Positions 45,130 through 54,683 of a stretch of 64,000 bases of DNA are shown here, one piece after another. Each line of letters begins with the position of its first letter. Position 1 is the first letter of the stretch. The DNA comes from Minisyncoccota bacterium. Its GTDB lineage: Bacteria > Patescibacteriota > Minisyncoccia > Phycocordibacterales > UBA9973. A program made the position numbers and the translations under genes. Location of the stretch: the NCBI GenBank assembly GCA_018061035.1, contig JAGOUX010000002.1, positions 24,722-88,721 of the forward strand. The letters run 5' to 3'. Under the pieces are notes generated by a model. It ran no database searches and had not been told where the DNA came from. It saw nothing but the letters and a program-made list of their open reading frames with translations.

Positions 45130-46611
45130 ATGGCAGACAATAGCAATAAGGAAACAATAGTCCGTTTTGATGATGTCTCATTTGAATGGGGAGTAAACAA
45201 ACCTATCTTGGATGAGGTGTCTTTTTCTATTAGACGAGGGGCAAAGCTTACCGTCATGGGCCAAAATGGAGCAGGCAAAAGCACTATTTTTGGTCTTATT
45301 CGAGGTGCATTTACTCCTGAATCCGGTACTATCAATATAGTTAAAGGCCTCACTATCGCAACGTCACTTCAGGTGATACCGAGAGATCAACTCGACCTCA
45401 CAGTCCGAGAATTTTTTGAAAAATCATTTAAACACAAAGTATACGATATAGATCCACGGATAGATGAAGTACTCGAAGTAGTAAATCTTAAAAATCACAC
45501 CAAGATCCACGACAAGAAAATAAATACATTTTCTGGTGGTCAGCAAGCGAGATTGCTCCTTGCTTCTGCTATTATTCAAGACCCCGACTTACTTTTGCTA
45601 GATGAGCCAACCAACAATCTCGACAAAGCCGGAATAGCCCACCTGACTAAATTTCTAATCAATTATAAAAAGACGGTTTTGGTGATTTCTCACGAAGCAG
45701 AATTTCTAAATGCCTTTACTGAAGGAGTTTTGTATCTTGATGTATACACTAAGAAGATCGAGCAATATGTCGGTAACTATTTCAACGTGGTAAAAGATAT
45801 CACTGCCAGAGTGGAGAAAGAGAATATGAAGAATGCCCAGCTTGAAAAAGAGATCCAAGCAAAGAAGGATCAAGCAAACGTTTTTGCTCACAAAGGAGGC
45901 CGTCTTCGATTGGTTGCTAGGCGAATGCGTGAAAAGGCAGAAGAACTCGAAGAGGAGATAGTGGAAGTGCGTAAAGAAGACAAAGCCATTCGACCATTCG
46001 TTATACCATCCCAGCCAGATATGATCGGAGAAATCTTAAACATCTCGTCCTTTACCACCATGAAAAACGGAAAGATCGTGAAGCACAAGGCTGCCATATC
46101 ACTTAATAAAAATACTCACTTACAGCTACAAGGCCCAAACGGCATCGGCAAAACCACACTACTCGAGCGTCTTGCTTCTGGTCATGCCGAAGGAGAAAAA
46201 GTGAAAGAAGGAATTCGAATAGGGTATTATCGTCAGGATTTTTCTACCCTTAACTTCGAGGACACTGTTTACCAGTCATTAGCTGAAGCAATGCTTTTGG
46301 GAGGAGAGAGACTCGACGAAGAGAAAATGCGATCTATTGCCGCAGGATTTCTGATCACGGGAGAGTTTATTCGTACCAAAATCGGAAGTCTGTCGGAAGG
46401 GCAGAAAGGGCTTGTGGCTTTTGCGCGATTGGTACTTCAAAAGCCGGGTCTACTCATACTCGATGAGCCGACCAACCATATAAACTTCCGCCACTTGCCG
46501 ATAATAGCAAAAGCTCTCGATGAATATAAAGGCGCTATGATACTCGTATCTCACGTGCCCGAATTCGTAAAGCAGATCAGGATTGATGAAGTACTTGATC
46601 TAGAAAAGTAG
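45130..46611 (+). CDS. ABC-F family ATPase (tandem ABC domains, no TM; translation-factor-like)
   Basis: Two NBDs (GQNGAGKST / GPNGIGKTT, LSGGQ / LSEGQ) joined by a charged linker. Confidence 0.8.
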   Translation: MADNSNKETIVRFDDVSFEWGVNKPILDEVSFSIRRGAKLTVMGQNGAGKSTIFGLIRGAFTPESGTINIVKGLTIATSLQVIPRDQLDLTVREFFEKSFKHKVYDIDPRIDEVLEVVNLKNHTKIHDKKINTFSGGQQARLLLASAIIQDPDLLLLDEPTNNLDKAGIAHLTKFLINYKKTVLVISHEAEFLNAFTEGVLYLDVYTKKIEQYVGNYFNVVKDITARVEKENMKNAQLEKEIQAKKDQANVFAHKGGRLRLVARRMREKAEELEEEIVEVRKEDKAIRPFVIPSQPDMIGEILNISSFTTMKNGKIVKHKAAISLNKNTHLQLQGPNGIGKTTLLERLASGHAEGEKVKEGIRIGYYRQDFSTLNFEDTVYQSLAEAMLLGGERLDEEKMRSIAAGFLITGEFIRTKIGSLSEGQKGLVAFARLVLQKPGLLILDEPTNHINFRHLPIIAKALDEYKGAMILVSHVPEFVKQIRIDEVLDLEK

Positions 46612-47227
46612 AAAGCTCCTTGCCTTTTATTTGTCTTAGAGAGTTGGGTTTCATTTTACCGAGCTCAATATTCATGATTCTGGTGCGTTTTAATTCTTGT
46701 ACCTCTTGAAAGAGAGCAGAACACATACGACGGATCTGGTGTTTCTTGCCCTCAGTTAGGACGATGTTGAAAGTGTTGTCGTTCAATATTTTAACTTTAC
46801 ATTTTTTAGTGAGATAGCCTTCGATATTTACGCCTGCCTCCATCTTTGTTTTAAAATTATTTCGAAGTTTTTCTTTGGTTCGTACTACATATTCTTTTTC
46901 GTGGAAATATTTTGGATTAAGTAGCGAGTCGGTGATACGTCCGTCGTTGGTGACAATGAGAAGCCCGTGAGAGGCCTTATCGAGCCGGCCGAGAGGGAAG
47001 AGACCTTCGCGTGGAGAATCGGTTTCTACGCCAGCTGGTTTGTTATAAGCAAAATACACATACTTCTTTTCTTCAGCGCCCCTTACTTCAACTTTATCCT
47101 TTTCATTTACCTTGCTTCCAAGTAGGGCCAATTTGCCATTAATAAAAACCTTTTTATTGGTTATAAGCTCGTCTGCGCCTCTTCTTGTAGAGATCTTTTG
47201 CAAGGCGAGGTATTTATTTATCCTCAT
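46577..47227 (-). CDS. rRNA pseudouridine synthase, RsuA/RluB family (S4 domain + catalytic domain)
   Basis: S4-like N-terminus MRINKYLALQKISTRRGADELI and catalytic GRLDKASHGLLIVTNDG with Asp. Confidence 0.7.
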   Translation of the reverse strand: MRINKYLALQKISTRRGADELITNKKVFINGKLALLGSKVNEKDKVEVRGAEEKKYVYFAYNKPAGVETDSPREGLFPLGRLDKASHGLLIVTNDGRITDSLLNPKYFHEKEYVVRTKEKLRNNFKTKMEAGVNIEGYLTKKCKVKILNDNTFNIVLTEGKKHQIRRMCSALFQEVQELKRTRIMNIELGKMKPNSLRQIKGKELSTFLDQVLHQS

Positions 47228-47364
47228 TGGATATGAGTTTTCTTCTTTTAACATGTACTTACTCTAGCACATATTGTATAAGAAGCACCTGTTTGAAATT
47301 TATCCCAAAATCAAATACACCACAGTTGCCTGTGGTGTATTTGATTTCATTATTTTATTACCAA

Positions 47365-49293
47365 TTAATGATGCGCAGTATGATTGTCGTGTCCATCTAG
47401 TGGATGAGAATCATATGAAGTTGGTGGTACTGGTGCGGCTAAGTATCGCTCTACGTATCGTGGTCGAGTCTGGTCGTACAAGTATCGTCCAAGGGCGATA
47501 AGTATGAGCACGAGCACGATTAGTAGTAACCAGCCGAAGATATTTGAAGGAAGGAAAAATCCTGATCCAAAAGCATTGGCTCCAAAGAATCCCACTTCAT
47601 TACCATCTCTCCATACCTGAGCTGAAACATTTGCGCTCACGGTTTGAGTCTGACCATTCACATCAGTGTATGAAAGAATTGCAGGGAAGTTTAGAACTGT
47701 TCCAGGATTGATATTCTCTCGTACTTTGACGCGGATAGTTATAGAACCTTGAGCTCCAGCTCGTAGAGTTCCGAGATTGAAGGTTAGATTATTTCCATTT
47801 CGGAAAGGGTTATTGGGATTAGAGAACATATAATCAACCTCTGATGGAAGAGATATCTGAAGAGTAAGATTTGTGACAGAAGTAGTACCTACGTTCTGAT
47901 AGCTCACTGTGTAGGTGATCTCGTCTCCTGGTCGTGGGTTGGTGTTATCAAGAGTAGGAACGATAGGCTGATTGCGATCTACAGAAGAAGAAACGATCAC
48001 AAGAGAGCTTGCTAGGGTTTTTACTGTTGTAGACTGACCTCGTACATTTACAGTTGCAGAATTACTGATAGAACCATAACCATTTGTACAAGTGATACTA
48101 TATGTTCGGCTTGATGTTAGAGAACCAGTATAGAAAGATGCAGGACCAATGCTTTTTGTACCAGCCCATCCTACAGATCCGCCGGTGCCGTAACAAGAAG
48201 TAGCATTTGCTGTGCTCCATCTTATGAAGGTAGCGCCATTGTAGGCTACTGAAGTGTCGTCAGCATAGATAGTGACTGTGGGCTGATTGTTTATGACAGT
48301 ATTGTATCTGCAAGGAAGTACGCCTCGGTAGTTGATAGCGCTGACATCGTTACAGATTTGAAGTTGTGGGTACTGACATGGAAGAGCACCTCGGTAGTTG
48401 GTAGCTGAGGGGTCATTACATAGTAGTACTTGGTAGTACTGACAAGGCAATGCACCACGATAATTAGTTGCTGATGGATCATTACATACCTGTACTTGAT
48501 AGTACTGACATGGAAGAGCACCTCGGTAGTTGGTAGCTGTAGGATCATTACATACTTGCTGTTGATAATACTGACATGGCAGTGTGCCGTGATAGTTGGT
48601 AGCAGAAGGATCCTGACAAAGCTGAGGTGGGTAAGTACATGGAAGACTTCCTCCATAGTTGCTTGCAGTTGTATCCTGACAAGTTTGGTTGCTTACATAT
48701 ACGATAGCAGATGCGTTGGCAGAGCCAGCACTATTTGTACAGGTGATATTGTAAGGAGTTGTACCGGTAAGGACGCCGGTAGGGAATGTGCCAGAAGTAT
48801 TCTTTCCTCCTGACCATCCGAATGCACCAGCGCTTCCCACACAAGAAGTTGCGTTGGTTGAAGACCAGATAACAGTACTAGATCCTCCATAGCTAATACT
48901 GCTTGGATTCGCAGAGATGGTAACTGTTGGAAGCTGGGTTGGGCCTGTACAAGAACCACCACTCATAACTGTTCCTGTTACGTAAGCAGTGGCCACTACT
49001 CCTGAAGAATTTGTTCCAGTAATAGTGAAAGTTGTTGTTTGATTCAAAGTTACATCTCGTTCACCTGTAGGAGGGACAGATCCAACATTGGTTATGTTAA
49101 CCACTGTAGCGTCTGTTGATGACCAGATTAAATGAATCTGCTGTCCTGCGCAAACAGTGCTAGGAGATGCAGATATGCTTACTGAGGGAACTCCATTTTC
49201 AGCCTTAGCTTGAGATAGGGGAAATAAAAAGGCCCCTAGGACAATTACTAGCGACATGAAAACATTGATAATGGCGTTTTGTGTGTGTTTCAT
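47365..49293 (-). CDS. secreted cell-surface repeat protein with DUF11-like domain and C-terminal TM anchor
   Basis: Signal peptide and Thr/Ser/Gly-rich Ig-like modules. Five or so tandem 22-aa repeats CNDPSATNYRGALPCQYYQVQV (66-bp DNA repeats at about 48306-48690), a DUF11-like segment and a C-terminal hydrophobic anchor. Confidence 0.6.
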   Translation of the reverse strand: MKHTQNAIINVFMSLVIVLGAFLFPLSQAKAENGVPSVSISASPSTVCAGQQIHLIWSSTDATVVNITNVGSVPPTGERDVTLNQTTTFTITGTNSSGVVATAYVTGTVMSGGSCTGPTQLPTVTISANPSSISYGGSSTVIWSSTNATSCVGSAGAFGWSGGKNTSGTFPTGVLTGTTPYNITCTNSAGSANASAIVYVSNQTCQDTTASNYGGSLPCTYPPQLCQDPSATNYHGTLPCQYYQQQVCNDPTATNYRGALPCQYYQVQVCNDPSATNYRGALPCQYYQVLLCNDPSATNYRGALPCQYPQLQICNDVSAINYRGVLPCRYNTVINNQPTVTIYADDTSVAYNGATFIRWSTANATSCYGTGGSVGWAGTKSIGPASFYTGSLTSSRTYSITCTNGYGSISNSATVNVRGQSTTVKTLASSLVIVSSSVDRNQPIVPTLDNTNPRPGDEITYTVSYQNVGTTSVTNLTLQISLPSEVDYMFSNPNNPFRNGNNLTFNLGTLRAGAQGSITIRVKVRENINPGTVLNFPAILSYTDVNGQTQTVSANVSAQVWRDGNEVGFFGANAFGSGFFLPSNIFGWLLLIVLVLILIALGRYLYDQTRPRYVERYLAAPVPPTSYDSHPLDGHDNHTAHH

Positions 49294-49513
49294 AAAATTT
49301 CTATTAATTTAATAAATCCTTAATAATATACCTATTGTATCATAAAGAAAATTAATGTCAAGGGTTAGCAGAAAATCCTCAAACTTGACATTGCGTATAA
49401 TATCTGATACAATACTTAATGAGATTTTAATATGAGGTGCAAGGTGCGCCTCATGTAGTTCGTCGAAAGCTTAATGACCTCATCCGTTAGGATAGAGGTT
49501 CGAAGGAGAGGTC

Positions 49514-50833
49514 ATGAACAAATTCAAGTTTTTTGCAGTCCTCGTGTTGTTCTCGGTTTTCTCAGCAGCTTGTCCGGAGAAGTTCAAGCGTCCGTGCAGC
49601 GACGATGAGTGTAAGACCACATCGTCGCCACTCGCGCCTACTACTGCTGTTTTGGTGGAAGTTTGCGTTTCGGCAAATGCCAGCGCTTCCGCAATGGCAG
49701 TGTGTACGTATGGTGTTGCAACCGGTACCGGTAGCGGTTCGGCTAAAGTTTGTGCAATGGTCTCTCCAGAGAATCACGAGGCGTGGAAGAAGGAGAACCT
49801 GGCTGTCGCGCAAAAGGACGCGAATGCTCAAGCCACAGCAACTGCTGTTTGTCTTGCGCCACCTGTTGTTCCTCCGACAGCTCCACCCACCGCTCCGCCA
49901 CCCACATCGCCACCACCCGCAATCGACGTGTGCCCGAACATCTCGGGCGTGCAGGAAACCATTCCTTCGGGAATGATCAAGGATGGGAACGGTAATTGCG
50001 TGGTTCCGCCAGTAATCACTGCTCCTACGTGCTCAGCACAGGGGAGCGTCCAGGCAGGTAATGCTGCAGTTTTCACCGCAACGGGAGGGAATGGTACATA
50101 CACTTGGTTTGGCAACGGTTCGCCGTCGTCAGCAAGTGGCTCTGTGTTCTCAACAACATACGCGAGCGCTGGCACTTACTCGGTGACGGTCAGCTCAGCA
50201 GGAATGAGTAATACCTGCAGTGTCGTTGTCACCACAGTTCCGCCGCCGGCGTGTGTTTGGTCGGTTGATCCGGTGATTCACTTCACCGCATCGGGCGGCC
50301 AAGGTTCGGCATCAGTTATTCCGAATCGGTCGGACTGTCCACAACCGACGTGGACTTCAAGCGGTTACCCAAGCTGGGTGACAGTGAATAGATCGTCTGG
50401 ATCGGGAGCTGGCTCTATTGGAGTCACTGCTCCATCAAACCCGACGACCTCGATTCGCAGCCAGGTCGTCACAGTGACGGCTTCGGATGGCAACCACACG
50501 GTGACCATTACCCAGGATGCAGGCGTGGCAAGCTGCACTTGGGCAGTGGAAAATGCCACGATCGGCTGGCAGGGGGGCGAAGTTAGCGCCTCGGTCACAC
50601 CAGGCATCGGTTGTTCTGGTAACTGGTCGGCAACGACCAACAACCCTCAACAGCTTGACCTTTTGACTACAGGCGGTTCGCCGGTGATTACAATCAACGG
50701 CATAAACGCAGGGACCGTCAGGGGGTCGGTGTCGACTAATAACACCACAATCATTCGGACCTTTACCATCACGTGGACTGGTCCGGGTGGAATTTCTAAG
50801 ACTATTACGGTTACGCAAGCCGCGCATCCGTAA
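49514..50833 (+). CDS. secreted Pro/Thr/Ser/Gly-rich protein with Ig/PKD-like repeats, on a G+C-rich insert
   Basis: Signal peptide MNKFKFFAVLVLFSVFSAAC, PPTAPPTAPPPTSPPP linker and repeated Cys-containing beta-rich modules; RBS GGAGAGG; conspicuously G+C-rich. Confidence 0.5.
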   Translation: MNKFKFFAVLVLFSVFSAACPEKFKRPCSDDECKTTSSPLAPTTAVLVEVCVSANASASAMAVCTYGVATGTGSGSAKVCAMVSPENHEAWKKENLAVAQKDANAQATATAVCLAPPVVPPTAPPTAPPPTSPPPAIDVCPNISGVQETIPSGMIKDGNGNCVVPPVITAPTCSAQGSVQAGNAAVFTATGGNGTYTWFGNGSPSSASGSVFSTTYASAGTYSVTVSSAGMSNTCSVVVTTVPPPACVWSVDPVIHFTASGGQGSASVIPNRSDCPQPTWTSSGYPSWVTVNRSSGSGAGSIGVTAPSNPTTSIRSQVVTVTASDGNHTVTITQDAGVASCTWAVENATIGWQGGEVSASVTPGIGCSGNWSATTNNPQQLDLLTTGGSPVITINGINAGTVRGSVSTNNTTIIRTFTITWTGPGGISKTITVTQAAHP

Positions 50834-51137
50834 CTCCAGTTCTTTCACATCAAGTCCTCAGAAAGGAGGCACATCAAAGGGCCCTATCGCTATCGCGAAG
50901 GGCCCTTTAATAATTTAGGTACAGATTTTTAATACTCGTAAAGTTTTAGTGATAAGAAATTACTAATTTTCCAATTAAACATAATTTTAATATTCAAATA
51001 AAAAACCATTAAAAAATTTTCTAATGGTTTTTTATTTCTTATCATCCACTCTACAAAATCATAACGTTTTATTTATAACTTTGTAGAGTGGAGAAGAGGG
51101 AGGGGTTGACCTCGCATCTTCTCCGATAGATCTTGCA

Positions 51138-51800
51138 TCAGCGCTTAGCGCGAATGCAATTGGCGTACCAGTAGTAGGTGCTACCTGCTCCTACCACAAG
51201 GCTGCCGGCTACCCATTTCCATGGAAAGCCTTTACCCTTTTTTTCTGGGAGGACGGCGTCTTTGCCGTCGCGACCATCTCGGCCGGGAGGTCCAGGAGGA
51301 CCAGGGATTCCTTCCGGGCCTTGCGGTCCAGCGGGACCCACGTCTCCTTTGGGGCCGGCTGGTTTTTCCAGCGGCACCCACTCTCGAATCGTGTTCCAGC
51401 ACGACGCGTCCAAGTACGGGACACCGTTGATGTCAAATACGAGATTGTCTCCAATTTCGTGGATGACCCAGGTGTATTCGCCGGCCTTTGTGATCTTGGA
51501 CTCACGGACCGACTCGAAGGCACAACCCGCTGTGGGTGAGCCCTTGGCGTTGGGGTGCCGTGGCTTGTCGTACTTCGGATGGTTCCTGTAAGAGCGGTAG
51601 TTTCCGCTTTTGTACGCGGCGACGCATGACTCTTTCGAGTCGAAGAAGGTCATCGTCTCGATGGCCTCCGGCGTGTGCTGGGCCGCGACGGCCTTCTGTG
51701 CGGCATCGACGAAGTCCTTCTTGGTCAATGTTGACGCGGTGAGGGTGTTCATCGTGCCCGTGAGGCACAGGACCAGCATCAGTGCAAAAAACTTCTTCAT
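51138..51800 (-). CDS. secreted collagen-like (G-X-Y)n repeat protein with C-terminal TM anchor, G+C-rich
   Basis: Signal peptide; GPKGDVGPAGPQGPEGIPGPPGPPGRDGRDGKD gives 11 consecutive GXY triplets; C-terminal WKWVAGSLVVGAGSTYYW hydrophobic segment. Confidence 0.55.
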   Translation of the reverse strand: MKKFFALMLVLCLTGTMNTLTASTLTKKDFVDAAQKAVAAQHTPEAIETMTFFDSKESCVAAYKSGNYRSYRNHPKYDKPRHPNAKGSPTAGCAFESVRESKITKAGEYTWVIHEIGDNLVFDINGVPYLDASCWNTIREWVPLEKPAGPKGDVGPAGPQGPEGIPGPPGPPGRDGRDGKDAVLPEKKGKGFPWKWVAGSLVVGAGSTYYWYANCIRAKR

Positions 51801-51995
51801 TTCCGGACTCCTTGAATTGTGGGGAACAGGGGACGGGCGGGCGGAATGCCAGCCACACTCCTAATAATTATATCACTTTATATTAAAATGTCAATGTTAA
51901 ATTTGTATTATTTACATATCTAAAAAATGGGTGTTTTGGCTCAAAAAAACAAAAAAGAATACCGCAGACGGTACTCCTTTTTGTTTCCACACATT

Positions 51996-52013
51996 GTGCC
52001 CTCACCAGGAATC
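51996..52013. repeat. 18-bp duplicate of the tRNA-Arg 3' end (GTGCCCTCACCAGGAATC), att-like direct repeat
   Basis: Identical to 52083-52100 within the tRNA 87 bp away; the flanking pseudo-T-arm is degenerate. Confidence 0.5.
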
Positions 52014-52080
52014 TTTCCTTACAGGAACAGTATACCTTTTCGCTTCCTCTACGAAGCCAAGCAGTTGGCTTCTTTCGGTC

Positions 52081-52155
52081 TGGTGCCCTCACCAGGAATC
52101 GAACCTGGATCGCAAACTCCGCAAGCTCGCATTCTATCCATTAAACTATGAGGGC
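52081..52155 (-). tRNA. tRNA-Arg (anticodon GCG by hand fold; CCA encoded)
   Basis: Acceptor GCCCTCA/TGAGGGC, D-loop AATGGATA, anticodon loop TTGCGGA, T-arm CCAGG-TTCGATT-CCTGG, discriminator A. Confidence 0.7.
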
Positions 52156-52194
52156 AGTTGTTTCTAGACTATCAGTTTTTTACGAAAAGTCCAT

Positions 52195-52671
52195 TTAGAA
52201 ACCCAGCACATCCATTATTTTCTCTGATGGATGCTCTTTCATCTCTTCTTCTATTACTTCACTCTCTAGAAAAATTTGGTGAATTCTTTCCATCATATCT
52301 TCTTCGATTGGGATATTTACTACAGGCATAAACACTCGGCGAGTTTTTACAAAAAGAATTGGCTTCGGTTCCTTTTGTACAAAAAACGATTTCACTTCTT
52401 TGAAAGGGAAGAGTCGGCTATTGATCACGATGCCTTTGTCGACAATCTCATATCTCACCATGTCGGGCTCGCGAGTAGCATAAAAGCCCAGAAGTGCACC
52501 GCTTATGATTATCAAAATCGCAAAAAAATAATTTCCATAAATAAGTGCCGCCGCAGAAACTGCAAAGACAATCACACCAAGAGCCCAAAACCAATCCTTA
52601 CTTCTTTCCTTTGTTTCATATTCAAGTACGGACCAAGATAATTCTGTATTTGAGTTTTCTTCTTCGTTCAT
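52195..52671 (-). CDS. hypothetical membrane protein (two TM helices, acidic N-terminus)
   Basis: 158-aa ORF with hydrophobic segments WFWALGVIVFAVSAAALIY and FFAILIIISGALLGFY. Confidence 0.4.
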   Translation of the reverse strand: MNEEENSNTELSWSVLEYETKERSKDWFWALGVIVFAVSAAALIYGNYFFAILIIISGALLGFYATREPDMVRYEIVDKGIVINSRLFPFKEVKSFFVQKEPKPILFVKTRRVFMPVVNIPIEEDMMERIHQIFLESEVIEEEMKEHPSEKIMDVLGF

Positions 52672-52721
52672 GGATTAATTATAACAGTAATGCAATCCTA
52701 ATAACAAATTTATATCTAAAT

Positions 52722-53690
52722 TTAAGCGTCATTTTTTAAATTTTGTGGGCTTAAAAGCACAGGTATCTCTTTTTCTAGATTGATTAGACTTGTTATTCTG
52801 TCGATTGAAGTATTTGAATTCCAATGTAAGAGTCGAATTATTGCAATTACATAATTTCTAAATAAAACCACATTAGATAGGGTGAGATATTCAAGGGGTG
52901 TAATCGGTCGAATATCCACATATGCTTTTAGATATATTTTAGCTGAAGCTATTCCTTCGTCGTCTAATATGTTCCAAATGCTATAACCAAGACACACAAT
53001 TAATGGGGAGTATTTGAGGTCGTCAAAATCAATGATACCGGCGATTTTGTCATTATTGGTAATAACATTTCCATCTAAGTCTATATCAAGGTGGTTGTAA
53101 CCATGCGGAAGATCAGAACTCAGAAAATAATTATATTTTTTAATTCTTTCAATTAGGTTTTGCACTTCCTGTCCGCCAATTTCCGAGCGGTCAATCTTTG
53201 AAGCCAGAGTGTCACGTAATGCAACCCATGATTTTTTTGGTCCATCTGTGATTTTAGAGAATTCAATACCAAGTAAGTGCATTTTAGCCTGTAGTGTTGC
53301 TAGGTTCACTATCAGCTCTTTGGAAGGTTTAGTTGTTCTGCTTTGTCCTTCTACCAAGTCCATAAGAATTGTTTGCCAGCGCTTACCTGAAATTTCCACA
53401 ATGTTTAATTTCTCTCCTTTTGTGTTTGGATGAATTATCGGTATGGGTATATTATGGTGACGCAAGTAATCTTGGAAGTTAATTTCAAGAAGAATATCGC
53501 TGTCATTTTTTCCTTGCGCGTATACACGAAGTACGTATTTTTTATCAGCTAAGAATATTCGGAATGACGAATTTTCTATTCCTTGATTTATTGTTTCAAA
53601 ATCAAAGTGCAAAATACCATATGATTTACATATGGTATCCATAATCTCATTGTTAATAACAATTTGATTTTCGGGTTTTAATTTTACCAT
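52722..53690 (-). CDS. phosphotransferase-family protein (APH / choline-kinase-like fold)
   Basis: Brenner-type motif HGYNHLDIDLDGNVI and downstream IIDFDD, typical of the aminoglycoside phosphotransferase superfamily. Confidence 0.5.
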   Translation of the reverse strand: MVKLKPENQIVINNEIMDTICKSYGILHFDFETINQGIENSSFRIFLADKKYVLRVYAQGKNDSDILLEINFQDYLRHHNIPIPIIHPNTKGEKLNIVEISGKRWQTILMDLVEGQSRTTKPSKELIVNLATLQAKMHLLGIEFSKITDGPKKSWVALRDTLASKIDRSEIGGQEVQNLIERIKKYNYFLSSDLPHGYNHLDIDLDGNVITNNDKIAGIIDFDDLKYSPLIVCLGYSIWNILDDEGIASAKIYLKAYVDIRPITPLEYLTLSNVVLFRNYVIAIIRLLHWNSNTSIDRITSLINLEKEIPVLLSPQNLKNDA

Positions 53691-53714
53691 TTATTAATAT
53701 CCTTACTTATTATG

Positions 53715-53801
53715 CGGAGGCGGTGAGATTCGAACTCACGGACCCCGTAAAGAGTCTCCTGTTTTCAAGACAGGTGCCTTCAACCACTCAGCCACGCCTC
53801 C
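53715..53801 (-). tRNA. tRNA-Ser (anticodon TGA), class II
   Basis: Acceptor GGAGGCG/CGCCTCC, anticodon loop CTTGAAA, long variable arm, T-arm GTGAG-TTCGAAT-CTCAC, discriminator G. Confidence 0.8.
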
Positions 53802-53858
53802 TTGTCTCCGCTTTTCGATATTACCAAAAAAGTACTTTTTATGCTAGTCTTCATGCAT

Positions 53859-54296
53859 ATGAAGACTCTAGGCATAGACTATGGTACCAAACGTATTGGC
53901 GTGGCGATTTCTGATGAGAACAATATCTTGGCTTTTCCCAAGGAGATCGTTTTAAATAATAACGATACATTTAAACGAATCGGGGATATAATAAAGGAGG
54001 AGGGGGTTGGTCATATTGTCGTAGGAGAGTCTGTGGACTTTTCGGGCAAGTTGAACGCTCTCACAGCGAGAATCGACGTTTTCAGTCTTGAGCTCGGAGA
54101 GACGTTTGGCTTACCGATACATAAACAGAAAGAATTTCTAACTTCAGTTGAGGCTCGAAAGGGAGGAAGTAGTAAAAAAGATTTAAGTCCATCTCAGGCT
54201 CATAGCAAAGTAAAGCAGATCAAAAGTGGCCGTATTGATGCGTCAGCCGCAGCTCTTATACTTCAGAGATATTTGGATAAAGTAAATAAAAAATAA
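53859..54296 (+). CDS. ruvX: Holliday junction resolvase-like protein YqgF/RuvX
   Basis: MKTLGIDYGTKRIGVAISD motif; ATG at 53859 chosen (the ORF track starts at a TTG abutting the tRNA). Confidence 0.8.
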   Translation: MKTLGIDYGTKRIGVAISDENNILAFPKEIVLNNNDTFKRIGDIIKEEGVGHIVVGESVDFSGKLNALTARIDVFSLELGETFGLPIHKQKEFLTSVEARKGGSSKKDLSPSQAHSKVKQIKSGRIDASAAALILQRYLDKVNKK

Positions 54297-54298
54297 TT

Positions 54299-54679
54299 AT
54301 GTCAGAAGAAAATACAACAACCCCAATAGTAGAAGCAAAAAAGCCAACAATGGTCACCTTTGACGAATTCAAAAAAATAGAGATACGAGTCGGCAAAATT
54401 TTGTCTGCCGAAAAAATTCCCGAAACAGATAAACTACTCAAACTAGCAGTTGATATGGGGGAATCTTCACCGAGACAGATTGTGTCTGGTATCTCTATGT
54501 ATTTTCCTGATCCTATGCTACTCGTTGGCAAGAAATGCATGTTTGTTGCTAATCTTGAGCCACGTACTATCAAAGGCTTCGAAAGCCAAGGTATGATATT
54601 TGCAGTCTCTACCGATGATGGCAAATTCTCATTACTAGAACCAAGCGTGGATCTACCACCTGGAACACTCGCTAAATAA
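54299..54679 (+). CDS. tRNA-binding protein (CsaA/Trbp111/EMAP-like OB fold)
   Basis: EIRVGKILSAEKIPETDKLLKLAVDMGE...RQIVSGI is the classic tRNA-binding OB-fold signature. Confidence 0.7.
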   Translation: MSEENTTTPIVEAKKPTMVTFDEFKKIEIRVGKILSAEKIPETDKLLKLAVDMGESSPRQIVSGISMYFPDPMLLVGKKCMFVANLEPRTIKGFESQGMIFAVSTDDGKFSLLEPSVDLPPGTLAK

Positions 54680-54683
54680 TTCG

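Noticed and set aside
50876-50908. Shared CTATCGCG core between the terminator loop after the 49514 gene (TATCGCTATCGCGAA) and the two cas2-flanking operator-like repeats (ACGCTATCGCG)
   Set aside because: The overlap is only 8-10 nt and sits in a hairpin loop in one case; plausible coincidence, so not claimed as a common binding site.
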